Part shown: piece after piece, positions 34,932 to 46,289 of the stretch
Layout: each line of letters starts with the position of its first letter
How positions within the stretch are numbered: the stretch's first letter is position 1
NCBI RefSeq assembly: GCF_013122565.1
Contig: NZ_CP053258.1
Strand: one strand, 5' to 3'
DNA from: Escherichia coli
GTDB taxonomy: Bacteria > Pseudomonadota > Gammaproteobacteria > Enterobacterales > Enterobacteriaceae
DNA: 64,000 nucleotides
Program-made: the position numbers and the translations under genes
Notes under the pieces: model-generated
Database searches by the model: none
Told to the model about the DNA's origin: nothing
The model's input: only the letters and a program-made list of their open reading frames with translations

Positions 34932-36305
34932 TTATTTTAATAACCGCACCCGGCACGTTTTTCCTTTAATCTTCCCGCCCTGTAACTGTTTCCATGCTTT
35001 ATGAGCAACAGCCTGACGGACCGCGACATAGACATGCGCCGGATGCACGGCGATTTTGCCAATATCTGCGCCATCAAGCCCGATATCTCCTGTCAGTGCA
35101 CCTAATATATCACCCGGGCGCATTTTGGCTTTTTTCCCGCCATCGATACACAACGTTGCCATTTCTGCTTCCAGCGTCACAATGGAACTATTAGCTGGCG
35201 GCGTTTGCCAGTTAAGTGTTATCTGCAACATGTCAGAAATGATATTGGCCCGCTGTGCTTCTTCCGGAGCACAGAAACTGATCGCCAGACCGCTATTTCC
35301 TGCACGAGCTGTACGACCGATGCGATGTACATGAACTTCAGGGTCCCACGCCAGCTCAAAGTTCACCACCAGCTCAAGCGATTTAATATCCAGACCACGC
35401 GCAGCAACATCAGTCGCGACCAGTACACGGGCGCTACCGTTAGCAAAACGTACCAGGGTCTGATCGCGATCGCGTTGCTCCAGATCGCCATGTAACGACA
35501 ATGCGCTTTGCCCTACTTCATTCAGCGCGTCACACACAGCCTGGCAATCTTTTTTGGTGTTACAAAACACCACACAAGACGATGGCTGATGCAAACTTAA
35601 TAACCGTTGCAACAGAGGAATTTTGCCCTTGCTGGAGGTCTCATAAAATTGTTGTTCAATAGGCGGCAGTGCATCTGTTGTGTCTATTTCAATCGCCAAA
35701 GCATCGCGTTGCACTCGTCCGCTGATTGCAGCGATGGCTTCCGGCCAGGTTGCCGAAAACAGAAGCGTCTGTCGAGATGCTGGCGCAAAACGGATGACAT
35801 CATCAATGGCATCGCTAAATCCCATATCCAGCATGCGGTCGGCCTCATCCATCACCAAAGTATTCAGCGCATCCAGTGATACCGTGCCTTTTTGCAAGTG
35901 ATCCAGCAAACGACCCGGCGTTGCCACGATAATATGCGGCGCATGTTGCAACGAATCACGCTGCATACCGAACGGTTGACCACCGCACAACGTCAAAATT
36001 TTGGTATTTGGCAGAAAACGCGCCAGCCGACGCAATTCACCTGCCACCTGATCCGCCAGTTCACGCGTAGGACACAGCACTAAAGCCTGGGTTTGAAATA
36101 GCGACGCATCAATTTGCTGTAACAAGCCGAGGCCAAAAGCCGCCGTTTTGCCGCTGCCGGTTTTCGCCTGCACGCGAACATCTTTTCCGGCAAGGATCGC
36201 CGGAAGCGCGGCGGCCTGCACCGGCGTCATAGTTAAATAACCCAACTCATTAAGGTTCGTGAGTTGGGCGGGAGGCAAAACATTCAGGGTAGAAAAAGCG
36301 GTCAC
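34932..36305 (-). CDS. dbpA: ATP-dependent RNA helicase DbpA (DEAD-box)
   Basis: 457-aa ORF with Walker A AKTGSGKT and DEAD motif (VMDEADRMLD); starts with GTG at 36305. Confidence 0.95.
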   Translation of the reverse strand: MTAFSTLNVLPPAQLTNLNELGYLTMTPVQAAALPAILAGKDVRVQAKTGSGKTAAFGLGLLQQIDASLFQTQALVLCPTRELADQVAGELRRLARFLPNTKILTLCGGQPFGMQRDSLQHAPHIIVATPGRLLDHLQKGTVSLDALNTLVMDEADRMLDMGFSDAIDDVIRFAPASRQTLLFSATWPEAIAAISGRVQRDALAIEIDTTDALPPIEQQFYETSSKGKIPLLQRLLSLHQPSSCVVFCNTKKDCQAVCDALNEVGQSALSLHGDLEQRDRDQTLVRFANGSARVLVATDVAARGLDIKSLELVVNFELAWDPEVHVHRIGRTARAGNSGLAISFCAPEEAQRANIISDMLQITLNWQTPPANSSIVTLEAEMATLCIDGGKKAKMRPGDILGALTGDIGLDGADIGKIAVHPAHVYVAVRQAVAHKAWKQLQGGKIKGKTCRVRLLK

Positions 36306-36334
36306 AATCTATTCTCGTGGTCATCGACGCAAAG

Positions 36335-36508
36335 TTAGCAGGCGCGTATCCTCGCAGATCTACGCTCACGATGCGACAATTTAATCGGTTCTTCATCGGG
36401 TGGTGGGTCAGGCATGGGTTGCGGGCGAGGGATCGGATCGGGCACTGGAACAGGATCGCCAGGAATCGGTTCAGGGACAGGAATTTGCAAATAAATAAGT
36501 GTCGTCAT
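36335..36508 (-). CDS. candidate 57-aa proline-rich small ORF upstream of dbpA
   Basis: ATG at 36508 preceded by GGAGGG with a 4-nt spacer; translation MTTLIYLQIPVPEPIPGDPVPVPDPIPRPQPMPDPPPDEEPIKLSHRERRSARIRAC; stop 29 nt before the dbpA GTG. Below the 60-aa cutoff of the supplied ORF track. Confidence 0.35.
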   Translation of the reverse strand: MTTLIYLQIPVPEPIPGDPVPVPDPIPRPQPMPDPPPDEEPIKLSHRERRSARIRAC

Positions 36509-36565
36509 ATTTCCCTCCGGTCATTGGGTGGACTCTTAAAGGGTAGACGCTGATAAATAACAGGC

Positions 36566-36687
36566 AAAAAAAAGCCGACTCATCAAAGTCGGCGTCGTAC
36601 GAATCAATTGTGCTATGCAGTAATTCAAAAAAGGAAGTAAGACAATATGGAGCGCAACGCCCATCGCTTGACGTTGCATTCACCTGC
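36566..36687 (-). ncRNA. fnrS: FnrS small regulatory RNA (FNR-activated)
   Basis: Minus strand reads GCAGGTGAATGCAACGTCAAGCGATGGGCG ... GCCGACTTTGATGAGTCGGC + T8, about 122 nt, matching FnrS as I recall it; lies between zntB and dbpA with an FNR box at about -42. Confidence 0.85.
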
Positions 36688-36722
36688 AAGGGAGATATTG
36701 CCCTGAATGGGTAGAGAGTTTA

Positions 36723-36736
36723 TTGACTTCGCTCAA
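36723..36736 (-). promoter_or_regulatory. FNR-binding site upstream of fnrS
   Basis: TTGAC-N4-CTCAA (consensus TTGAT-N4-ATCAA) centred about 42 bp upstream of the inferred FnrS 5' end. Confidence 0.7.
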
Positions 36737-36782
36737 ACTTTGCGGCGTTTTTGTATACAGACAGCCGGAAAAATTGCTTTTG

Positions 36783-37787
<1,005 letters not shown>

Positions 37788-38020
37788 TTATTTTGTAGTC
37801 TAGCCTTCTGGCCCTGTTACGCAACATCTCATCACCCCATTACCCTGAAATGATTAATAAAATTCTGTCTAAATTGAATACAAAAAGCAAAATGCTTTTC
37901 CGTATACAAACCGTGTGAAGTGTTAAATAGCGTCTATCATTATCAGAATTATCTGATCATATGACGTGGCTTTTTTGCGATCGGATAACAACAAAAATTG
38001 ATAAAAATAACGGGATCTCA

Positions 38021-39253
38021 ATGATTACGCACAACTTCAATACCCTGGACTTACTCACCAGTCCTGTCTGGATCGTTTCGCCCTTTGAGGAACAGTTAAT
38101 TTATGCCAATAGCGCGGCGCGACTGTTGATGCAAGACCTCACGTTTAGTCAGCTACGAACCGGACCCTATTCCGTCTCCTCACAAAAAGAACTGCCGAAA
38201 TACCTCTCCGATCTGCAAAACCAACACGATATTATCGAAATCCTCACCGTTCAGCGTAAAGAAGAGGAAACAGCATTAAGCTGTCGGCTTGTTTTGCGAA
38301 AGCTGACAGAAGCAGAACCGGTAATTATTTTCGAAGGTATCGAAGCGCCGGCAACGCTGGGTTTAAAAGCCAGCCGCTCGGCAAATTATCAGCGCAAAAA
38401 ACAAGGTTTTTATGCGCGTTTTTTTCTGACTAACTCTGCACCAATGTTGTTGATTGACCCCTCACGAGATGGCCAAATCGTCGATGCTAACCTCGCCGCG
38501 CTCAATTTCTATGGTTATAACCATGAAACGATGTGCCAGAAACATACCTGGGAAATTAATATGCTCGGGCGTCGCGTCATGCCTATCATGCATGAAATTT
38601 CGCATTTACCCGGTGGTCATAAACCTTTGAATTTTGTTCATAAACTGGCGGATGGTTCTACTCGTCATGTGCAGACCTATGCCGGGCCGATTGAAATTTA
38701 TGGCGACAAGCTCATGTTATGTATTGTGCATGATATTACTGAGCAAAAACGGCTGGAGGAGCAGCTGGAACATGCTGCTCACCATGACGCGATGACCGGA
38801 TTACTGAATCGGCGACAGTTTTATCACATTACCGAGCCAGGCCAAATGCAGCACCTCGCCATCGCTCAGGATTACAGCTTGTTGCTCATCGACACCGATC
38901 GTTTTAAACACATTAACGATCTCTATGGGCATTCTAAAGGTGATGAGGTGTTATGCGCCCTCGCCCGCACCCTCGAAAGTTGCGCTCGTAAAGGCGATTT
39001 GGTGTTTCGTTGGGGAGGCGAAGAGTTTGTCTTATTGCTACCAAGGACCCCACTGGATACCGCGCTTTCGCTGGCTGAAACTATCCGTGTAAGCGTGGCA
39101 AAAGTGAGTATTTCGGGCTTACCACGCTTTACCGTCAGCATTGGTGTGGCGCATCACGAAGGAAATGAAAGCATCGATGAACTGTTTAAACGCGTTGATG
39201 ATGCTTTGTATCGGGCGAAAAATGATGGACGCAACCGCGTGCTGGCGGCATAA
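38021..39253 (+). CDS. dgcM: diguanylate cyclase with PAS and GGDEF domains
   Basis: Longest ORF starts at 37961; ATG at 38021 (MITHNFNTL...) gives 410 aa; GGEEF active-site motif present. Confidence 0.85.
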   Translation: MITHNFNTLDLLTSPVWIVSPFEEQLIYANSAARLLMQDLTFSQLRTGPYSVSSQKELPKYLSDLQNQHDIIEILTVQRKEEETALSCRLVLRKLTEAEPVIIFEGIEAPATLGLKASRSANYQRKKQGFYARFFLTNSAPMLLIDPSRDGQIVDANLAALNFYGYNHETMCQKHTWEINMLGRRVMPIMHEISHLPGGHKPLNFVHKLADGSTRHVQTYAGPIEIYGDKLMLCIVHDITEQKRLEEQLEHAAHHDAMTGLLNRRQFYHITEPGQMQHLAIAQDYSLLLIDTDRFKHINDLYGHSKGDEVLCALARTLESCARKGDLVFRWGGEEFVLLLPRTPLDTALSLAETIRVSVAKVSISGLPRFTVSIGVAHHEGNESIDELFKRVDDALYRAKNDGRNRVLAA

Positions 39254-39273
39254 GCCGCGGATGCGTCTCGAGA

Positions 39274-39837
39274 TCAACGGCTGCGCTTAGCGTGGCGCTC
39301 CCAGTTTTCTTGCTTCGCCTGCGCCGTTTTACGTAGTGCGACGTAACACGCCCCGCTGCCGCCATGATGCGGTAGCGCGGTGCAATATGCCTGAACATCA
39401 TCAAATTCGGTCAGCCAGCGCGCCACATAGCTGCGGACAATATTGGCATGTGATTTATCATCCCGCCCTTTACCATGAATAATCAGCACGTTACGCAAAC
39501 CATCCGCCAGGGCTTGTTGAATGAAACTGAACACCATTTTGCGGCACTCTTCCACCGGCTGGCGCAAAAGATTCAGGCTCGCCTGTTGCGGATATTTACC
39601 ACTACGCAGCTTATCCAGCACCCCATGTTGCAACCCTTCCCGCCGAAACTCCAGCGGCTGACTTAGCGGGATAATGTCGAGAAATCCGGTAGTGAGGAAA
39701 TTATCAAGCTGCAGCGTGTCGATACGCTGTGGCGCACGTTGGTTACGCGTGGGATGCCAGTGGACATCGGTAGCACGTTTCAGCGGCTGGACATCTTCCA
39801 TGGCGTCAAGAAACAGCGATTTGTCGTCAAGGTTCAT
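39274..39837 (-). CDS. smrA: Smr-domain DNA endonuclease
   Basis: 187-aa ORF with Smr-domain sequence; position matches K-12 ydaL/smrA. Confidence 0.8.
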   Translation of the reverse strand: MNLDDKSLFLDAMEDVQPLKRATDVHWHPTRNQRAPQRIDTLQLDNFLTTGFLDIIPLSQPLEFRREGLQHGVLDKLRSGKYPQQASLNLLRQPVEECRKMVFSFIQQALADGLRNVLIIHGKGRDDKSHANIVRSYVARWLTEFDDVQAYCTALPHHGGSGACYVALRKTAQAKQENWERHAKRSR

Positions 39838-40064
39838 GTTACATCCTCCCGCAATTAAGAGCGCGATATGATAACCAGACCGGGTCGGTCCAACAACGTA
39901 TTACCCAAATTTCCAGTAATAAGTTCCAAATATTGCCGATATTTTAAGCAAAATGCTTATGCATGATTATTCATTCATGATATTAATAATGTAACTTATA
40001 TTTTCGTGAAATCTGTCACTGAAGAAAATTGGCAACTAAAGGTTAAAACCGTTATAACACAGTC

Positions 40065-40158
40065 ACCGGCGCAGAGGAGACAATGCCGGATTTAAGACGC
40101 GGATGCACTGCTGTGTGTACTGTAGAGTCTGGCGGATGTCGACAGACTCTATTTTTTT
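40065..40158 (+). ncRNA. mcaS: McaS small regulatory RNA
   Basis: Plus strand ACCGGCGCAGAGGAGACAATGCCGGATTTAAGACGCGGATGCACTGCTGTGTGTACTGTAGAGTCTGGCGGATGTCGACAGACTCT + T7 matches McaS (IsrA) as I recall it; terminator ends 8 nt from the abgR stop. Confidence 0.75.
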
Positions 40159-40166
40159 ATGCAGTT

Positions 40167-41075
40167 TTAACTTTGCAGATAGCCGCATTCTCGCCGGAAT
40201 TGCGTGATTAATGACGCGGTCAGTGGTGTCTGGCGACTATCACGCCGCTGAATCAAATAATAGGCCGCTTTCGGTAAAATTTCGCTAACCGGCAACATCA
40301 CCAGCCCCTGTCCGTGCAAGGGATCGCAGCCCATTTCTTCAGGCAGTATGCTGAGAAAATCGCTTTTTGCCACCAGACTGATACAGGCTGAGAACGTCTC
40401 GCAGACTACACCGACCTGTGGCATTTGCGCCTGATCGTCAAGCAATTCACTCAACTGTTTGTAGTAGCTGCCGTGTGGCGTCGGCATTGTCCAGCTGTAA
40501 TCCAGTAACTGTTTGATCGAACGGGCACCAATGGCGGGATGTCCCGGGCGGCAAAAGATCGCGAATTGCTTTTCCAGTAATTTCTCAAAAGTAAATTCGT
40601 GGTCGTACGGTCCCTGATAATAGGTATTGATGGTGAAATCCAATTCTCCCTGACGCAATTCATTAATCATCGACACCAGTTGCCCTTCCATAATGCGTAC
40701 TTTTACCTGCGGATGCTGCTGATGAAAACGAGATATGACAGCTGGCATCAGACTGCGGGAAATACTGGCCCCCATGCCGATATTAATCTGCCCTGCCAGT
40801 TGCCCTTGTCGTTGGCGAATATCCTCGTGGGCTGCGCGCAGCTCTTCAAGAATAAGACTGGCGTGCTGATAAAAACTTTCACCGGCATCAGTTAACGTCA
40901 CGCCTTTACTACGGCGAAAAAAGAGTTGCGCCGCCAACCCTTCTTCCAGCTCCTGAATAGATTTACTCAGTGCCGGTTGCGACATATTCAACATTCGGCT
41001 CGCTCCGCGAATGCTGCCCTGACGAGCCACTTCAACAAAAGCCCGAATTTGATGAATTTTTACCTGTAAAGCCAT
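40167..41075 (-). CDS. abgR: LysR-family transcriptional regulator of the abg operon
   Basis: 302-aa ORF with N-terminal LysR HTH; divergent from abgA. Confidence 0.9.
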   Translation of the reverse strand: MALQVKIHQIRAFVEVARQGSIRGASRMLNMSQPALSKSIQELEEGLAAQLFFRRSKGVTLTDAGESFYQHASLILEELRAAHEDIRQRQGQLAGQINIGMGASISRSLMPAVISRFHQQHPQVKVRIMEGQLVSMINELRQGELDFTINTYYQGPYDHEFTFEKLLEKQFAIFCRPGHPAIGARSIKQLLDYSWTMPTPHGSYYKQLSELLDDQAQMPQVGVVCETFSACISLVAKSDFLSILPEEMGCDPLHGQGLVMLPVSEILPKAAYYLIQRRDSRQTPLTASLITQFRRECGYLQS

Positions 41076-41250
41076 GACGCCACCGATAACCGTTATTTAT
41101 CAGACCAAAGAAACTGGCATCTACTTTAATGCAGATGATTGTGTCAGGGTAATTTATGAACGGTTAAAACTGTGAAAAATCAGTTAGTGATAAGTAAAAA
41201 CTATCGCTACGTGAACCGGGTCACACTTTTTACTGATGACGGGAAAGGTT

Positions 41251-42561
41251 ATGGAGTCTTTGAATCAATTTGTTAATTCGCTTGCCCCAACATTATCGCA
41301 CTGGCGACGTGATTTTCATCACTATGCAGAGTCTGGCTGGGTGGAATTCCGCACTGCCACCCTTGTTGCGGAAGAATTGCACCAGCTCGGCTATTCACTG
41401 GCGCTGGGTCGCGAAGTAGTTAATGAAAGTAGCCGGATGGGATTACCTGATGAATTCACTCTACAACGCGAATTCGAACGCGCTCGTCAACAGGGTGCGC
41501 TAGCACAATGGATTGCGGCGTTTGAAGGTGGTTTCACTGGTATCGTCGCCACCCTGGATACCGGTCGCCCCGGTCCGGTGATGGCTTTCCGTGTCGATAT
41601 GGACGCGCTGGATCTCAGTGAAGAGCAGGATGTCAGCCATCGCCCCTACCGCGACGGTTTTGCGTCATGTAACGCCGGAATGATGCATGCCTGTGGTCAT
41701 GATGGACATACCGCCATTGGGCTTGGGCTGGCGCATACCCTTAAACAGTTCGAGTCCGGACTACATGGCGTCATCAAACTGATTTTTCAGCCTGCAGAGG
41801 AAGGTACGCGTGGCGCGCGGGCGATGGTCGATGCAGGTGTCGTAGATGATGTTGATTATTTTACTGCCGTGCACATTGGCACTGGCGTACCTGCGGGCAC
41901 CGTGGTGTGCGGCAGTGATAATTTTATGGCAACCACCAAATTTGACGCGCACTTCACCGGGACCGCCGCTCACGCAGGCGCAAAACCAGAAGACGGTCAC
42001 AATGCCTTGTTGGCGGCAGCACAAGCAACTCTTGCACTACATGCAATCGCCCCGCACAGCGAAGGAGCTTCCAGAGTAAACGTGGGCGTTATGCAGGCAG
42101 GAAGCGGTCGTAATGTTGTTCCTGCCTCGGCGTTGCTGAAAGTGGAAACACGCGGGGCCAGCGACGTCATTAATCAATATGTTTTTGACCGTGCACAACA
42201 AGCGATTCAGGGCGCAGCAACCATGTATGGTGTCGGCGTTGAAACTCGTCTGATGGGTGCAGCTACCGCCAGTTCTCCTTCGCCGCAATGGGTCGCATGG
42301 TTGCAAAGTCAGGCGGCTCAGGTCGCGGGGGTCAATCAGGCCATTGAACGTGTTGAAGCGCCTGCGGGTTCCGAAGATGCCACATTAATGATGGCCCGCG
42401 TGCAGCAACATCAAGGGCAAGCCTCCTACGTGGTGTTTGGCACGCAACTGGCGGCAGGTCATCACAACGAAAAATTCGATTTTGACGAGCAGGTTCTCGC
42501 TATTGCCGTCGAAACGCTGGCGCGCACCGCGCTCAATTTTCCCTGGACGCGAGGTATCTGA
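41251..42561 (+). CDS. abgA: p-aminobenzoyl-glutamate hydrolase subunit A (M20 peptidase)
   Basis: ATG at 41251 preceded by GGGAAAGG; 436 aa; M20 peptidase sequence. Confidence 0.9.
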   Translation: MESLNQFVNSLAPTLSHWRRDFHHYAESGWVEFRTATLVAEELHQLGYSLALGREVVNESSRMGLPDEFTLQREFERARQQGALAQWIAAFEGGFTGIVATLDTGRPGPVMAFRVDMDALDLSEEQDVSHRPYRDGFASCNAGMMHACGHDGHTAIGLGLAHTLKQFESGLHGVIKLIFQPAEEGTRGARAMVDAGVVDDVDYFTAVHIGTGVPAGTVVCGSDNFMATTKFDAHFTGTAAHAGAKPEDGHNALLAAAQATLALHAIAPHSEGASRVNVGVMQAGSGRNVVPASALLKVETRGASDVINQYVFDRAQQAIQGAATMYGVGVETRLMGAATASSPSPQWVAWLQSQAAQVAGVNQAIERVEAPAGSEDATLMMARVQQHQGQASYVVFGTQLAAGHHNEKFDFDEQVLAIAVETLARTALNFPWTRGI

Positions 42562-44006
42562 TGCAGGAAATCTATCGTTTTATCGACGATGCGATTGAAG
42601 CCGATCGCCAACGTTATACCGATATTGCCGATCAAATCTGGGATCATCCAGAAACACGTTTTGAAGAGTTCTGGTCAGCGGAGCATCTGGCTTCGGCGCT
42701 GGAATCTGCAGGCTTCACCGTTACCCGCAACGTAGGCAATATCCCAAATGCCTTTATTGCTTCGTTTGGTCAAGGCAAACCGGTTATCGCCCTGCTGGGG
42801 GAATATGACGCCCTGGCAGGTTTAAGTCAGCGAGCAGGTTGCGCGCAACCTACATCCGTGACGCCCGGTGAAAATGGTCACGGTTGCGGACACAATTTGC
42901 TGGGAACCGCCGCCTTTGCCGCTGCAATAGCCGTCAAGAAATGGCTGGAACAATATGGGCAAGGCGGCACAGTGCGCTTTTATGGTTGTCCTGGCGAAGA
43001 AGGCGGCTCGGGTAAAACGTTCATGGTCCGCGAGGGGGTATTTGATGATGTGGATGCGGCACTCACCTGGCACCCGGAAGCCTTTGCCGGTATGTTCAAT
43101 ACCCGCACGCTGGCAAACATTCAGGCATCATGGCGCTTTAAAGGGATCGCAGCACATGCCGCAAATTCCCCTCATTTGGGACGCAGCGCCCTTGATGCCG
43201 TAACGTTGATGACCACTGGCACCAACTTCCTCAACGAACATATTATTGAAAAAGCGCGCGTACACTATGCCATCACAAATAGCGGCGGGATCTCGCCCAA
43301 CGTGGTCCAGGCGCAGGCAGAAGTGCTTTATCTTATCCGCGCCCCCGAAATGACCGACGTGCAGCATATTTATGATCGGGTCGCCAAAATCGCCGAAGGT
43401 GCGGCATTGATGACCGAAACCAAGGTTGAATGCCGCTTCGACAAAGCCTGTTCCAGTTATCTCCCGAATCGCACCTTAGAAAATGCCATGTACAGAGCCC
43501 TATCCCATTTTGGTACCCCGGAATGGAACTCCGAAGAACTGGCTTTTGCGAAACAAATTCAGGCTACGCTCACCCCCAACGATCGGCAAAACAGTCTGAA
43601 TAATATCGCCGCAACCGGTGGCGAAAACGGCAAGGCTTTTGCACTACGTCATCGTGAAACGGTACTGGCGAATGAAGTCGCGCCATATGCCGCCACCGAT
43701 AACGTGCTTGCGGCATCGACTGATGTCGGCGACGTCAGTTGGAAACTTCCAGTTGCCCAGTGTTTCAGCCCCTGTTTTGCCGTCGGTACACCACTACATA
43801 CGTGGCAACTGGTTAGCCAGGGGCGAACATCTATTGCTCATAAAGGAATGCTGCTGGCGGCGAAAACTATGGCAGCAACCACAGTCAATCTCTTCATTGA
43901 TTCAGGGCTATTGCAACAATGCCAACAAGAGCATCAGCAAGTAACGGACACGCAACCGTATCACTGCCCTATCCCGAAAAACGTGACACCGTCACCTTTA
44001 AAATAA
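42561..44006 (+). CDS. abgB: p-aminobenzoyl-glutamate hydrolase subunit B (M20 peptidase)
   Basis: 481-aa ORF; start overlaps the abgA stop (ATGA-type coupling). Confidence 0.9.
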   Translation: MQEIYRFIDDAIEADRQRYTDIADQIWDHPETRFEEFWSAEHLASALESAGFTVTRNVGNIPNAFIASFGQGKPVIALLGEYDALAGLSQRAGCAQPTSVTPGENGHGCGHNLLGTAAFAAAIAVKKWLEQYGQGGTVRFYGCPGEEGGSGKTFMVREGVFDDVDAALTWHPEAFAGMFNTRTLANIQASWRFKGIAAHAANSPHLGRSALDAVTLMTTGTNFLNEHIIEKARVHYAITNSGGISPNVVQAQAEVLYLIRAPEMTDVQHIYDRVAKIAEGAALMTETKVECRFDKACSSYLPNRTLENAMYRALSHFGTPEWNSEELAFAKQIQATLTPNDRQNSLNNIAATGGENGKAFALRHRETVLANEVAPYAATDNVLAASTDVGDVSWKLPVAQCFSPCFAVGTPLHTWQLVSQGRTSIAHKGMLLAAKTMAATTVNLFIDSGLLQQCQQEHQQVTDTQPYHCPIPKNVTPSPLK

Positions 44007-44042
44007 CAACAACAACGCAAACACAACAACCGAGGAATGCCC

Positions 44043-45569
44043 ATGAGTATGTCATCCATACCGTCATCCTCCCAATCCGGGAAGCTCTATGGCTGGGTCG
44101 AAAGAATTGGTAACAAGGTTCCCCATCCTTTTTTGCTCTTTATCTATTTGATTATCGTACTCATGGTGACGACGGCAATTTTGTCGGCCTTTGGCGTCAG
44201 TGCGAAAAACCCGACCGATGGTACGCCAGTGGTGGTGAAAAACCTGCTCAGTGTGGAAGGATTACACTGGTTTTTACCCAATGTTATTAAAAACTTTAGC
44301 GGTTTTGCTCCACTTGGTGCGATCCTGGCGCTGGTTTTAGGTGCCGGTCTGGCGGAGCGCGTCGGCTTACTGCCAGCGCTAATGGTTAAAATGGCATCGC
44401 ATGTTAATGCCCGCTACGCCAGTTATATGGTGCTGTTTATTGCTTTTTTCAGCCACATTTCTTCCGATGCGGCGTTAGTGATCATGCCACCGATGGGTGC
44501 GCTGATTTTTCTGGCGGTGGGCAGGCATCCAGTTGCAGGTTTACTGGCTGCCATTGCAGGCGTAGGTTGCGGCTTTACGGCTAATTTACTGATTGTCACA
44601 ACCGACGTGTTGCTGTCGGGGATCAGCACGGAAGCGGCAGCTGCGTTCAATCCGCAAATGCACGTCAGTGTAATTGATAACTGGTATTTTATGGCCAGCT
44701 CCGTAGTCGTACTGACGATTGTTGGCGGCCTGATAACCGACAAAATCATCGAGCCACGGTTAGGTCAATGGCAGGGAAACAGCGATGAGAAACTGCAGAC
44801 ATTGACCGAAAGTCAGCGTTTTGGTTTACGCATAGCAGGTGTCGTATCGCTACTTTTTATTGCTGCGATCGCGCTGATGGTGATCCCGGAAAACGGGATA
44901 TTGCGCGATCCGATTAATCACACCGTGATGCCATCACCCTTTATTAAAGGTATCGTGCCACTGATCATTCTTTTTTTCTTTGTGGTCTCGCTGGCTTATG
45001 GCATCGCTACCCGCACAATTCGACGTCAGGCGGATTTACCGCATTTAATGATTGAACCGATGAAAGAGATGGCGGGATTTATCGTGATGGTTTTTCCCCT
45101 CGCCCAGTTTGTCGCCATGTTTAACTGGAGCAACATGGGGAAATTCATCGCCGTGGGGCTGACCGATATACTGGAAAGTTCAGGGCTTAGCGGCATCCCG
45201 GCGTTTGTCGGTCTGGCGTTGCTTTCCTCTTTCTTATGCATGTTTATCGCCAGCGGTTCCGCAATCTGGTCGATTCTGGCCCCCATTTTCGTACCAATGT
45301 TTATGCTACTTGGCTTTCACCCGGCATTTGCGCAAATCCTCTTTCGTATTGCCGACTCATCCGTATTGCCTTTAGCGCCAGTATCTCCTTTTGTTCCACT
45401 GTTTCTTGGATTCCTGCAACGCTACAAACCAGACGCGAAACTGGGTACTTACTATTCGTTAGTCTTGCCCTATCCGCTTATCTTTTTGGTGGTATGGCTG
45501 CTGATGTTGCTGGCGTGGTATCTTGTGGGCCTGCCGATAGGTCCGGGGATTTACCCACGTTTGTCTTAA
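44043..45569 (+). CDS. abgT: p-aminobenzoyl-glutamate transporter (AbgT family)
   Basis: Polytopic membrane protein; ATG at 44043 has a GAGGA Shine-Dalgarno 6 nt upstream and gives 508 aa. Confidence 0.9.
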   Translation: MSMSSIPSSSQSGKLYGWVERIGNKVPHPFLLFIYLIIVLMVTTAILSAFGVSAKNPTDGTPVVVKNLLSVEGLHWFLPNVIKNFSGFAPLGAILALVLGAGLAERVGLLPALMVKMASHVNARYASYMVLFIAFFSHISSDAALVIMPPMGALIFLAVGRHPVAGLLAAIAGVGCGFTANLLIVTTDVLLSGISTEAAAAFNPQMHVSVIDNWYFMASSVVVLTIVGGLITDKIIEPRLGQWQGNSDEKLQTLTESQRFGLRIAGVVSLLFIAAIALMVIPENGILRDPINHTVMPSPFIKGIVPLIILFFFVVSLAYGIATRTIRRQADLPHLMIEPMKEMAGFIVMVFPLAQFVAMFNWSNMGKFIAVGLTDILESSGLSGIPAFVGLALLSSFLCMFIASGSAIWSILAPIFVPMFMLLGFHPAFAQILFRIADSSVLPLAPVSPFVPLFLGFLQRYKPDAKLGTYYSLVLPYPLIFLVVWLLMLLAWYLVGLPIGPGIYPRLS

Positions 45570-45579
45570 GAGAGAACGG

Positions 45580-46095
45580 ATGCTGAGATTACTTGAAGAA
45601 AAAATTGCCACGCCACTGGGTCCACTGTGGGTGATTTGCGATGAGCAATTTCGCCTGCGGGCGGTTGAATGGGAAGAGTACAGCGAACGCATGGTGCAGC
45701 TGCTGGACATCCATTATCGCAAAGAAGGCTATGAGCGCATTTCTGCCACCAATCCAGGCGGTTTAAGCGACAAGCTTCGTGAATATTTTGCCGGTAATCT
45801 TAGCATTATTGATACGCTTCCCACTGCTACGGGGGGGACGCCATTTCAGCGCGAAGTCTGGAAAACACTACGCACTATCCCCTGCGGGCAGGTAATGCAT
45901 TACGGCGAACTGGCTGAGCAATTGGGCCGTCCTGGCGCGGCGCGTGCCGTTGGTGCGGCAAACGGATCGAATCCCATCAGCATCGTCGTACCTTGCCATC
46001 GGGTTATTGGCCGAAACGGCACCATGACCGGATATGCAGGCGGAGTTCAGCGAAAAGAGTGGTTATTGCGCCATGAAGGTTATCTTTTGCTGTAA
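45580..46095 (+). CDS. ogt: methylated-DNA--protein-cysteine methyltransferase
   Basis: 171-aa ORF with active-site PCHRV motif. Confidence 0.9.
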   Translation: MLRLLEEKIATPLGPLWVICDEQFRLRAVEWEEYSERMVQLLDIHYRKEGYERISATNPGGLSDKLREYFAGNLSIIDTLPTATGGTPFQREVWKTLRTIPCGQVMHYGELAEQLGRPGAARAVGAANGSNPISIVVPCHRVIGRNGTMTGYAGGVQRKEWLLRHEGYLLL

Positions 46096-46256
46096 ACATT
46101 AAACAATTTGTGCCAGCTTGTTCACACTTTTATGTAAAGTTACCCTTAACAACTTAAGGGTTTTCAAATAGATAGACATATATTTACATCTAATATCGGA
46201 ATTCTCTGCTGTTAAGGTTTGCTTAGACTTACTTGCTCCCTAAAAAGATGTTAAAA

Positions 46257-46270
46257 TTGACAAATATCAA
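46257..46270 (+). promoter_or_regulatory. FNR-binding site in the fnr promoter (autoregulation)
   Basis: TTGAC-AAAT-ATCAA, a near-consensus FNR box 20 nt upstream of the fnr ATG. Confidence 0.7.
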
Positions 46271-46289
46271 TTACGGCTTGAGCAGACCT

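Noticed and set aside
36471-36689. 72-aa minus-strand ORF (TTG start) in the zntB-dbpA intergenic region.
   Set aside because: It coincides with the FnrS sRNA and its Rho-independent terminator. It has an alternative start and no Shine-Dalgarno, and the sRNA explains the locus.
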